The notes under the pieces were generated by a model. The model made no database searches. It saw only the letters and a program-made list of their open reading frames with translations, and was not told where the DNA came from. Positions 7,267 to 14,526 of a DNA stretch of 32,000 bases are shown here, piece after piece (within the stretch, counting starts at the first letter, position 1; every line of letters starts with the position of its first letter). Source of the DNA: Micromonas pusilla (Eukaryota); contig GG663744.1 in the NCBI GenBank assembly GCA_000151265.1, forward strand, positions 195,520-227,519, in the 5' to 3' direction. Made by a program: the position numbers and the translations under genes.

Positions 7267-9611
7267 TCAGATGCGCACGATGTCCACGCGCGCGCGCCTC
7301 TCGATCGCGTGCGCCTGCTCGCCTCTCGCGCCCGGCTCGGGCGCGCCCTCCGTCACGTACACGTGCGCGATCGTCCCTCCGATGTTCCCCTTCGCCAGCC
7401 TCCCCGGGTTCAGCGCGACGAACGCGGGCGCGTCCTCGTCGTCCTTCGCGCGCGGCGGCAGCGGCGGCGCGCCCTCCGCGGCTTCGGCGACGACGCCCCC
7501 AGCCGGCTGCGCGACGATCTTCGCGAACGGGTTCAGGTCCGACGGCACGAGCAGCACGTCGGGGGTGACGTCCATCTCCAGGTGCGCCGCGAGCGACGCG
7601 TCCAGGCACGCGCCGGCCGGCGCCGGGAACAGCGGGTACGCGCTGCTCTGCCCGGGGAGGTGCGCGGCGAGTCGAGACATGCGGTCCGGGGCGGCGCCGC
7701 CCGCGCCGCCGCCCGCGCCGCCGCTCGCCGGCTCCCTCGCCGCCTCCGCCGCGCTGAGATGCCGCAACACGTCCTGCGTGCACGCCGCGAACGTCACGCC
7801 GTTGATGGAGAACACCCCGGGGTTCGGCGCGCACGCGATGGCGCACGACCGCGGGAGCTCGAGCTCGCGCTCGGACAGCAGCGGCGGCTGCGGAAACACC
7901 GCGTCGTGCGTCACGTCTCGCGTCGACGGCATCACGACGACGGACGGCGCGTAGCCGGCGTCGTCCGCGTCCGCCGCGAACCTCTCGAGCGCGTCGCGGA
8001 CGCGCAGCGCGAAGACGTCCTCGAACGACACGTCCAGCGGCGCGTCGTCGCCTCTCACGGACTTGTGCTCCGCGTCCACGAACGGGCCCATGAGCACGAC
8101 GGCGTCCTGCGTGGGTGAATCGATCGGTCAGTCGAACGTCTTACCGGTCAAACGTTGAAAGGGAAGCGCGGGTGAAGAGTGACGACGGGAAAAGTCCTTA
8201 AGGAACGGCGTGCACCACGCGAACGGGGTCGTATGGGAAGCAGTCTCACCGGACGCGTCTCCGCGCAGTACGCCAAAAATTCATTCAGCGGCTCGTACGA
8301 CAGGTCGCCCGCGCACGTGTACGGGCCGGACGCGATCGCGACGGACAGCGACCCGAACGCGGGGGACGACGCGGTGGACTTGACCCCGCTCGGCGCGACG
8401 GACGCGATGAGGCGGCGCGCGACGAGGCAATGCCCGCTCGGGTTCGACCCCTGCACGCAGACGATCTGCCCGGGGAACAGCGAGAACCGCGGCAGCTCTC
8501 TGAGGGTCGAAGGTCCATACGAAGCGACGTCGGGGTGGAGTTGAAAGGCGTCAGAAGCGGAGTTGAAAGGCGTCGAGGTGTGTCGGGATTGAAAGCGAGG
8601 GGTGGGCGAAGAGAAACGCCGGGAAAGAAAGTCCTTAAGGATCGGCGTTCACCGCGCCGACGCGGTCGTACGGGGACCAGTGTATAGAACGCGCCTGAGC
8701 TCCAATCGAACCCTCGCGCCGTTGCTCGTCTCGACGCTTCCCTCGAGCATCACCGACGCCTCGTTGAGCTTCCCCTCGGAGTCGCACACGACGCGGCCGA
8801 CGACGGTGACGTCGTCCTGCGACGCCGCGTACGTCGCGCCGCCGCAGTCGAGTCCCGGGTACCGCCTCTCGACGGCGCGTTTGAACGCGCGAAGACGCGA
8901 CTCGATCATTTCCACCTTGTCGCCGACGCGGTCGCGCATGTATCGCACGTCGCGGCGCAACGGCGCGCCCCTGACCGCGACGGTCGCCGCCTGAGCTTGG
9001 TTCTTCTTCTTCGCGATCGGCAGCTCCGCGTTGAGCTCGGACTTGGCCGCGCGTCTCGCCGGTCGCTTTGAAAACGCGGACGTCCCCGGCTTTGGCGCGC
9101 TCGCGTCTAAGATCGCGCGCGCGTTCGGATGCCGCGTCGGCGTCGTCGCGTCGTTCGCGTTAAAGGCGCCGCGCGTCGCGAGGACGTGCGCCGCCTTCGC
9201 GTTCGACGTCTTCGCCGCGGGGGTGTACGCGCGGCCGGGCGTCGTCGCCGCGAGCGACGCGTCCGCGTCGTCGGCGTCCATCGCGTCGATCGTCTCGAGG
9301 ATGTCCCCGCCGCCGTACGTGTAGTACGCCGTCGGCGTCTTCTTCGCGGACGCCTTCTTCACGCTGAGGTGTGTGCGCTCGTAGTGCGACCGGAACGCGT
9401 CCATGACCGCGGACGACGGCGTCGCGGGGACTTTCCCGGGCGGCGCGGACGAGAAGAAGGTGTCGTACGCGATCGCGAGGTCGTCCGCGGTCGCGCCGTG
9501 CGCTCGGCACATCGCGAGGCACTCGGCCGCGACGTCCTTACCGTCCGCGTCGTCGCCGAGGGCGAACCCGTAGGTCTCGAACGCGCGCGATACGTCGATG
9601 ACATCCGCCAT
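7267..9611 (-). CDS. POLA2: DNA polymerase alpha subunit B (p70 accessory subunit). Exons are 8695..9611, 8250..8499 and 7267..8106 (668 aa).
   Basis: Three minus-strand ORFs (8649..9611, 8148..8456, 7267..8097) join in frame. The first junction is ...RVRLEL|R|ELPRFSLFPGQIVCVQGSNPSG (phase 2). The second is ...LAYCAETRP|DAVVLMGPFVDAEHKS (phase 0). The phosphoesterase-like C-terminal half (VVMPSTRDV..., FSINGVTFA..., NPGRLAKGNIGGTIAHVYV) and the terminal ...VDIVRI* resemble the POLA2 family; I recall human POLA2 ending in VVRI. Exon lengths 917+250+840 sum to 2007, a multiple of 3. Confidence 0.88.
8107..8249 (-). mobile_element. Decayed or truncated introner-like repeat (143 nt); equals POLA2 intron 2
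   Basis: The sense strand reads CCG|GTGAGACTGCTTCCCATACGACCCCGTTCGCGTGGTGCACGCCGTTCCTTAAGGACTTTTCCCGTCG...CACCCACGCAG|GAC. About the first 90 nt align with the 5' half of the intact copies (CCCATACGACC.CGT..GCGTGGTG.ACGCCG.TCCTTAAGGACTTT). The 3' third is unrelated. Confidence 0.75.
8500..8694 (-). mobile_element. Introner-like repeat, copy C (195 nt, long subfamily); equals POLA2 intron 1
   Basis: The sense strand reads GCTCAG|GCGCGTTCTATACACTGGTCCCCGTACGACC...GTATGGACCTTCGACCCTCAG|AGA. Removal restores the conserved POLA2 FPGQ motif in frame. Confidence 0.9.
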
Positions 9612-9854
9612 GATGCTACCTGCCGCGTGCGCGGGTGCGTGTGCGCGCGCGCGCCGTCGGATGTCTGGACCGACGCGCGCGCGCGTCGTGGTTCAAACAT
9701 TTCAAACGCGGTTGCCAACAAAATGGAAAACTGGCGCCGACACCAGCGTACGGCGCGCACCTTCAAGTACGCAACTTTCCGCCCATCGGGTAGAAAAATA
9801 CCCTGACTTCCGATCCACTAGACCGCTGAAAGGCGGTGCTATGTAAAGTGAAAC

Positions 9855-9898
9855 GGGATTTGAGACTATTTTCGTATGAGCAAATAGTCTCAAATCCC
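9855..9898 (+). repeat. Perfect 17-bp inverted repeat (10-nt loop) abutting and overlapping the 5' end of tRNA-Glu
   Basis: GGGATTTGAGACTATTT (9855..9871) is the exact reverse complement of AAATAGTCTCAAATCCC (9882..9898). The right arm includes the first 4 nt of the tRNA acceptor stem. Confidence 0.85.
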
Positions 9899-9967
9899 CC
9901 GTAGTGTAGATGGTTATCACACTAGGCTTTCACCCTAGTGACCCGGGTTCGAGTCCCGGCGGGGGAA
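9895..9967 (+). tRNA. tRNA-Glu(UUC): tRNA-Glu (anticodon UUC), 73 nt
   Basis: The hand-folded cloverleaf is TCCCCCG TA GTGT AGATGGTTA TCAC A CTAGG CTTTCAC CCTAG TGAC CCGGG TTCGAGT CCCGG CGGGGGA A. The acceptor, anticodon and T stems are perfect. A-box (TAGTGTAGATGG) and B-box (GGTTCGAGTCC) motifs are present. A TTTT run lies at 9971..9974. Confidence 0.92.
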
Positions 9968-9970
9968 TAC

Positions 9971-9974
9971 TTTT
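9971..9974 (+). terminator. Pol III T-run downstream of tRNA-Glu
   Basis: ...CGGGGGAA tac TTTT gcc. Confidence 0.5.
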
Positions 9975-10095
9975 GCCGGTCAAATCGACCGGAACGACCG
10001 ACGACGACGGTTGCTGACGGATGATTTTTTTTGGCTTCGACGCGCATCGCTCGGCGCGCGCGCGGGCGGCGTCAGCGTGGCGCGCGTCGACCGAC

Positions 10096-12152
10096 ATGAA
10101 CGGGAACGCCGCGAGCGGGTTCGCGCGGAAGATGCTGCCGCTGTCCATCGAGACGCGGACGCGGCCGTACGAGCGCATCGGCGCGGGTGCGTCCGTCGAT
10201 CGATCGATCGATCGATCGATACACTATCGATCGATCGGTCGATCGCGCCTCGCGCCTCGTCCGTCGCCCTCCTCCTCCTCTTCTTCTCGTCGTCGTCCGT
10301 CCGTCCGTCGTCCGCCTCACCATCCCTCCCTCCCGCCCGCCGCGCAGTGTCCCCGCGGAAGAAACACCAGCCGCAGTGGTGGGCGTCGCTCGCGTCCGAT
10401 CCACGCGCGTTGAAGATCGCCGTCGCGCTCGCGCTCGTCGTCGCGTTCGCGTTCGCGCTCGCGGCGGCGGTGGACGCGAGCTCGGACGCGAACCACTCGC
10501 GCGTCGTCGTCTTCGACGCGGGCAGCACGGGCAACCGCGTGCACGTCTTCAAGTTCTCGTCCGACGTGGACGGCGTGACGCTCGTCTCGGAGACGTTCGC
10601 GGCGAAGTCGCCGGGGTTTCGAGACCTCGCGTCGAAGGGCGCGAAAGTCGCCGCGGACTCGCTCGACGCGCTCATAGACGTCGCGCGCGACGAGGTGCCA
10701 GCGAAGATGCGGTCGCGGACCAAGCTGACGCTCCGCGCGACCGCGGGGATCCGTCTTCTCCCGGAGGGCGCGGAGGCGGCGGAAGCGATCATGCGCGCGG
10801 CGAGGAAGAAACTCATGGGGACCGGTTTCGACGTCGAGGATCGACGCGTGAGCGTGATGAGCGGCGAGGACGAGGGGAAGTACGCGTGGACGAGCGTGAA
10901 CTACCTCCTCGGCCGCGTCGGCGTCGGGAAGAGCTTCGAGAACGGCGGCGGCGGCGCGGAAGATGGAACGTCGACCGTCGCGGTGCTCGACCTGGGCGGC
11001 GGCAGCGCGCAGATCGCGTTCGCGGTGTCCGACGCGGCGAAGGCGTCGGCGCCGCCGGGGAAGGGGTACGTCCAGAGCGTCGGCGACGGAGGACGGCGCG
11101 ACGACGTCTACGTCAAGTCTTTCGCCGGGTACGGCCTGATGGCGGCGCGCGCGAAGGTGCTCGCGACGGGCGGAGACGACGAGGATAGCGGCGGTAACGG
11201 CACGCATCCGTGCGTTCCCGCCGGGTACGTCGGCGGGTGCGAGGAAAACTGTTACGGGCTCGCGCCGGGGGAGAGGCGCGTTCTATACACTGGTTCCCAT
11301 ACGACCGCGTTCGCGTGGTGAACGCCGTTTCTTAAGGACTTTTGCCGGCGTGTCTGTTCGCCCACCCCTCGGTTTCAATCCCCGACCTCGACGCCTTTCA
11401 ACTTCAACTGACGCCTTTCAACTCCACCCCGACGTCGCTTCGTACGGAACGACCAGCTACGTCGCGAGGGCGCGCGCCGCCGGCGCGGATTTCAGAGCGT
11501 GCCTCGCGGCCGCGATCAAATCGCTGGCGCTGGACGCGACGTGCGAGGACGCGCCGTGCGGCATCGCCGGCGCGTGGACGACGCCGCGGACGACGAAGCT
11601 GCACGCGATGAGCTACGTGTACGAGCGCGCGGTGCAGGTGCGGCGCGAGGACTTTTCTTCCCGGCCAAGCGTCGCGTCTCGTTTCGTCTCTCTCCGCCCG
11701 CCGCCCCTCGCTCGTCGCACTCCGCGACGCCTCGCGACGCCTCCGACTGACGCGCCCGCCCCCGCGCTCCGCCCACCCCTCAGTCGCGCGCGGCGAAGAC
11801 GTACGACGCGGCGACCACGACGAAGACGGACGCGCTGACGGTGACGCCAAAAGATTTCGAAGACGCGGGGGAGGCGGTGTGCGCGACCGCGGCGGCGGAC
11901 GTCGCGACGAGGTACCCGGACGCGGACCCGGAGCACGCCGCGTACCTGTGCCTGGACGTCGCGTTCATTCGCGCGCTGCTGGTGGACGGCCTCGGGGTGG
12001 GCGTGAACGAGGCCGTCACGATAGTGGATCAGATCGAGTACGACGGGAAAGGGGTCGAGGCGGCGTGGGCGCTCGGGGATGCGGTCGCGACGCTCGGGGA
12101 GGGCGCCGACCCGGACGCGATATTCGGCTCGAAAGGGCGGCGGCGGCGATGA
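10096..12152 (+). CDS. GDA1/CD39-family nucleoside diphosphatase/triphosphatase (apyrase), type II membrane topology. Exons are 10096..10186, 10348..11275, 11457..11637 and 11784..12152 (522 aa).
   Basis: Apyrase conserved regions are present: VVFDAGSTGNRVHVFKF (ACR1), LRATAGIRLL (ACR2), SGEDEGKYAWTSVNYLLG (ACR3), VLDLGGGSAQIAF (ACR4) and VEAAWALGDAV (ACR5-like). The large ORF 10011..11321 has no ATG before ACR1. An upstream 91-nt exon (MNGNAASGFARKMLPLSIETRTRPYERIGA) joins it in phase 1, ahead of the transmembrane segment IAVALALVVAFAFALAAAV. Two more junctions (phase 2 and phase 0) link ORFs 11350.. and 11841... Exon lengths 91+928+181+369 sum to 1569, a multiple of 3. Alternative in-frame ATGs exist at 10021 and 10132. 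Confidence 0.85.
10187..10347 (+). other. Spliceosomal intron 1 of the apyrase gene (161 nt), unrelated to the repeat family
   Basis: The donor is GCGCGG|GTGCGTCC. A pyrimidine-rich tract (ctcaccatccctccctcccgcccgccgcgCAG|TG) precedes the acceptor. This intron is needed to give the apyrase ORF a start codon. Confidence 0.7.
10196..10245. repeat. (TCGA/CGAT)n palindromic microsatellite in two blocks
   Basis: tcgatcgatcgatcgatcgatcgat acacta tcgatcgatcggtcgatcg, inside apyrase intron 1. Confidence 0.9.
11276..11456 (+). mobile_element. Introner-like repeat, copy E (181 nt); equals apyrase intron 2. This is the only intact copy on the plus strand.
   Basis: GGGGAGAG|GCGCGTTCTATACACTGGTTCCCATACGACCGCGTTCGCGTGGTGAACGCCGTTTCTTAAGGAC...CGTACGGAACGACCAG|CTAC. 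It is the reverse complement of the copies that sit in minus-strand genes, so it is again in sense to its host. The junction is phase 2 (ag+c = Ser). Confidence 0.9.
11638..11783 (+). mobile_element. Strongly decayed introner-like sequence (146 nt); equals apyrase intron 3
   Basis: CAG|GTGCGGCGCGAGGACTTTTCTTCCCGGCC...GTCTCTCTCCGCCCGCCGCCCCTCGCT...CGACGCCTCGCGACGCCTCCGACTGACGCG...CCCACCCCTCAG|TCG. Blocks match the intact-copy core (AAGGACTTTGCCCGGCG, GTCTCTCTCCGCCCACCCCTCGCT, CGACGCCTTTCAACTCCA.CTGACGCC). The family 5' terminal region is missing. The junction is phase 0 and links ...YERAVQ to SRAAKTYD.... Confidence 0.55.
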
Positions 12153-12291
12153 GACGACGCGATGAGATGGACGGTCGCGGTCGCGACTGGAGGGACGAGC
12201 GACCGCCCGCCCCGCGGTAGTTTATTACGAACCAAAATAGCTAACGTTGATCGATTGGCGCGTCGTCGCGGCGCGCCCTCGTCGACCCGCG

Positions 12292-12823
12292 TCACTCTCG
12301 CGGCGGCGGCGGCTCGCCCTCGCGAGCCACTCGCTCCCTCATCTCGTGTACGGCCTCGTACATCTCCCTCCCGATGCCGCCGCTCTCGTCGCACATCGCC
12401 CCCCACGCGTGCTTCGCGAACTGCGTCATGAGAGAATCTTCCATCTCCTCTCTCAGCGCGTCAACGAGCTCCTTCTCGCTCATGTGCGCCGAGTGCCTGG
12501 AGCCGAGCGTCTTCGAGTTCGTCACCGCCTCCGCGACGTACGCCTTCAGCTCGTCCTGCGCGTTTGGGAGGGTAGGGATGCGCGTCAGGGATGGACGGAC
12601 GGACGGACGGACGGGCGATGGACGTGACGGTTGCGGTTTTTTAGGGATCGAACGAAGCAGGCGCGCGTCGACGACGCGCCTTCGCGCAGACCTCCTCCAT
12701 GACGCGCTTGCGGAACTTCTCGAACGTCCCGTCCTTGCGCAGCGCGTCGACGACTTTCTTCTCGTCCTCGCGATCCTCGCGCGCGCGCTCGACGACGGTC
12801 GCGTCGTCCTCCGGGCCCGACAT
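12292..12823 (-). CDS. BOD1 / COMPASS-Shg1 domain-like small protein. Exons are 12680..12823 (or 12692..12823) and 12292..12555.
   Basis: Exon 1 reads MSGPEDDATVVERAREDREDEKKVVDALRKDGTFEKFRKRVMEEVCAK. Exon 2 reads DELKAYVAEAVTNSKTLGSRHSAHMSEKELVDALREEMEDSLMTQFAKHAWGAM...*. The pattern V..L...G.F..FR...........L...V........W......L........ resembles BOD1/Shg1 as I remember it. The acceptor is CAAACGCGCAG|GAC. The donor is ambiguous between AAG|GCGCGT and GAG|GTCTGC; both are phase 0. Confidence 0.55.
12556..12679 (-). other. Intron of the BOD1-like gene (124 nt with the GC donor; 136 nt ending at 12691 with the GT donor)
   Basis: The frame of ORF 12641..13048(-) ends in a stop at ...PASFDP* shortly after the conserved segment. 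The downstream ORF continues the domain in phase 0. Confidence 0.55.
12593..12612. repeat. (GGAC)5 microsatellite, (GTCC)5 on the gene strand
   Basis: ggacggacggacggacggac, inside the BOD1-like intron. Confidence 0.9.
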
Positions 12824-12939
12824 CGTGCGCGGCGCGCTCGAGACTGACGATCTGACGACGATCGCCGTTCGTTCGGCGTCGCCTCGCCTCACCGCCTCGC
12901 CGCACTCGTCGCGCGCGCGCTGACGTCGCCGACGGCACG
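12824..12939. promoter_or_regulatory. Short (116 bp) divergent intergenic region between the BOD1-like gene (-) and the 507-aa gene (+); presumed bidirectional promoter
   Basis: Inferred only from the head-to-head ATGs at 12823 and 12940. I recognised no motif. Confidence 0.3.
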
Positions 12940-14463
12940 ATGTCGTCCGCCTCGCGCCTCGCGCGCGCGTCGACCGCGTCGACGTCGTCGCCGTCGCCGT
13001 CGCCGTCGCCGCGTCGGCGACCCGCGACGCGCGCGCCCCGACGCGCACGATCGGTCCGTCGCGGCGTCGTCGCCGAGGACAGAGAAGGGCGCGAGAAGCG
13101 CGTCTCCGCCCCCGCGCCCGCGCCCGCGTTCGCGGCGCCGCCGCGGCTCGCGCGCGCCGCGCGCCCGGAACCCCCGAAGGAGTACCTCCGCCTCGTCGAG
13201 CTCGCGGACGGGGGGTGGGAGCTCCAGAGCGCGACGGCGACGTTCCGCGCGCCGCGCGGCGACGACGACGACGACGACGACGACGCGGTCGAGATCTCGC
13301 TCACGTCCACCGTCCACGTCGGCGAGCCGTCGTACTACGCCGCGCTGCAGGAGGAGTGCGACGCGCGGTACGACGCCGTGCTATTCGAGCTCATCACGAG
13401 CGAGGAGAACCTGAGACCGGGGCGCGCGCCGCCGCCGCGCGACGCGGACGGGACCCGTCGCCGTCGCGATAAAAACTCCGACTCCGACGACGACGACTTT
13501 CTCCCCGCGCTCGCCGCGCGACTCTCGCCGACGCCGGACGCGCGCGCGCTCGCGGAAGCGCACGGCCTCCGCGCGCAGCTCGACGCGCTCGACCTCCAGC
13601 GCGACCGATGGTTCGTCGCGGACCTCCCGCGGAGCGTCCTGATGCGCGCGCAGGTGGAAGCGGGCGAGCGCGGCGCACAGCTGTCACGCGACGACGCGTC
13701 CGCGGCCGCGTCCGCGGCGGCGCTGCCGCCCGCGCTCGAGGCGCTCGTCGTCACCGCGACCGGCCGCGCCGGCGGCGGCCCCGCGCGGCAGCTCACGCGC
13801 TCCATGTGCTGGCTCGTCCCGTGCCCCGAGGCGCACCTCTTGCTCCTGGACTGGGTCTGGGGGGGCGGTCGGCCCGCGCCGGCGCTCGGCGCGACGCTCG
13901 ACGCGATCGCGTCCGGCGACGTCATGGCCGCGCGCAGGCTCGCGTTCGCGCAGATGATCGTCAGCGCGCAGGCGAAGGGCGCGGTCGGCGGCGGCGCGGA
14001 CGTCCCCGTGCTCGTGCTCAGGCGCAACGACGCGGCGATCGAGTGCGTGCGGAAGGCGGCTGCGACGCGCGGGGTGAACAGGATAGCGTTGCTCTACGGC
14101 GGGCTTCACATGCCCGGCTTGACGTCCAAGGTGATGAACGAGCTCGGGTACGAGATCACGGGCGCGCCGTCGTGGAGGGCGGTGTGGAAGATCGACGGTC
14201 CGAGTTCGAGGAGCGCGGTCGCGCGGTCGAGGAGCGCGGTGTGGCGGTGGGCGGCGTTGCCGCTGTTGCTGCTCGTGGACGGCGCGGATTGGGCGTTTAC
14301 GCTGTCGGACGTCGCGGCGTCGCCGGCGACGGCGGCGATAGAGATCGGGCTGTACGTGGTGAGGCACGGGGCGGTGTATTACGGACTTGGGAAGTGGGTG
14401 CTGGAGTGGAACAGGCAGCTGTTCGACGACCGCGGCGGCGGCGGCGAGCGCGGGTTTAGTTAG
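12940..14463 (+). CDS. Conserved-looking hypothetical protein (507 aa) with a Ser/Arg/Ala-rich N-terminal presequence and C-terminal hydrophobic segments
   Basis: This is a single ATG-initiated ORF with coding-like composition. It has structured segments (ISLTSTVHVGEPSYYAALQEECDARYDAVLFELITSEENL; RIALLYGGLHMPGLTSKVMNELGYEI; WAALPLLLLVDGADWAF; IEIGLYVVRHGAVYYGLGKWVL) and a (GAC)8 poly-Asp tract at about 13258..13285. I could not assign a family with confidence. Confidence 0.7.
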   Translation: MSSASRLARASTASTSSPSPSPSPRRRPATRAPRRARSVRRGVVAEDREGREKRVSAPAPAPAFAAPPRLARAARPEPPKEYLRLVELADGGWELQSATATFRAPRGDDDDDDDDAVEISLTSTVHVGEPSYYAALQEECDARYDAVLFELITSEENLRPGRAPPPRDADGTRRRRDKNSDSDDDDFLPALAARLSPTPDARALAEAHGLRAQLDALDLQRDRWFVADLPRSVLMRAQVEAGERGAQLSRDDASAAASAAALPPALEALVVTATGRAGGGPARQLTRSMCWLVPCPEAHLLLLDWVWGGGRPAPALGATLDAIASGDVMAARRLAFAQMIVSAQAKGAVGGGADVPVLVLRRNDAAIECVRKAAATRGVNRIALLYGGLHMPGLTSKVMNELGYEITGAPSWRAVWKIDGPSSRSAVARSRSAVWRWAALPLLLLVDGADWAFTLSDVAASPATAAIEIGLYVVRHGAVYYGLGKWVLEWNRQLFDDRGGGGERGFS

Positions 14464-14526
14464 TCTAGTTGAGCGACTGAGCGACTTCTTAAAGCGCGAC
14501 GCGACGCTACGCTCGCTACGCTCGTC

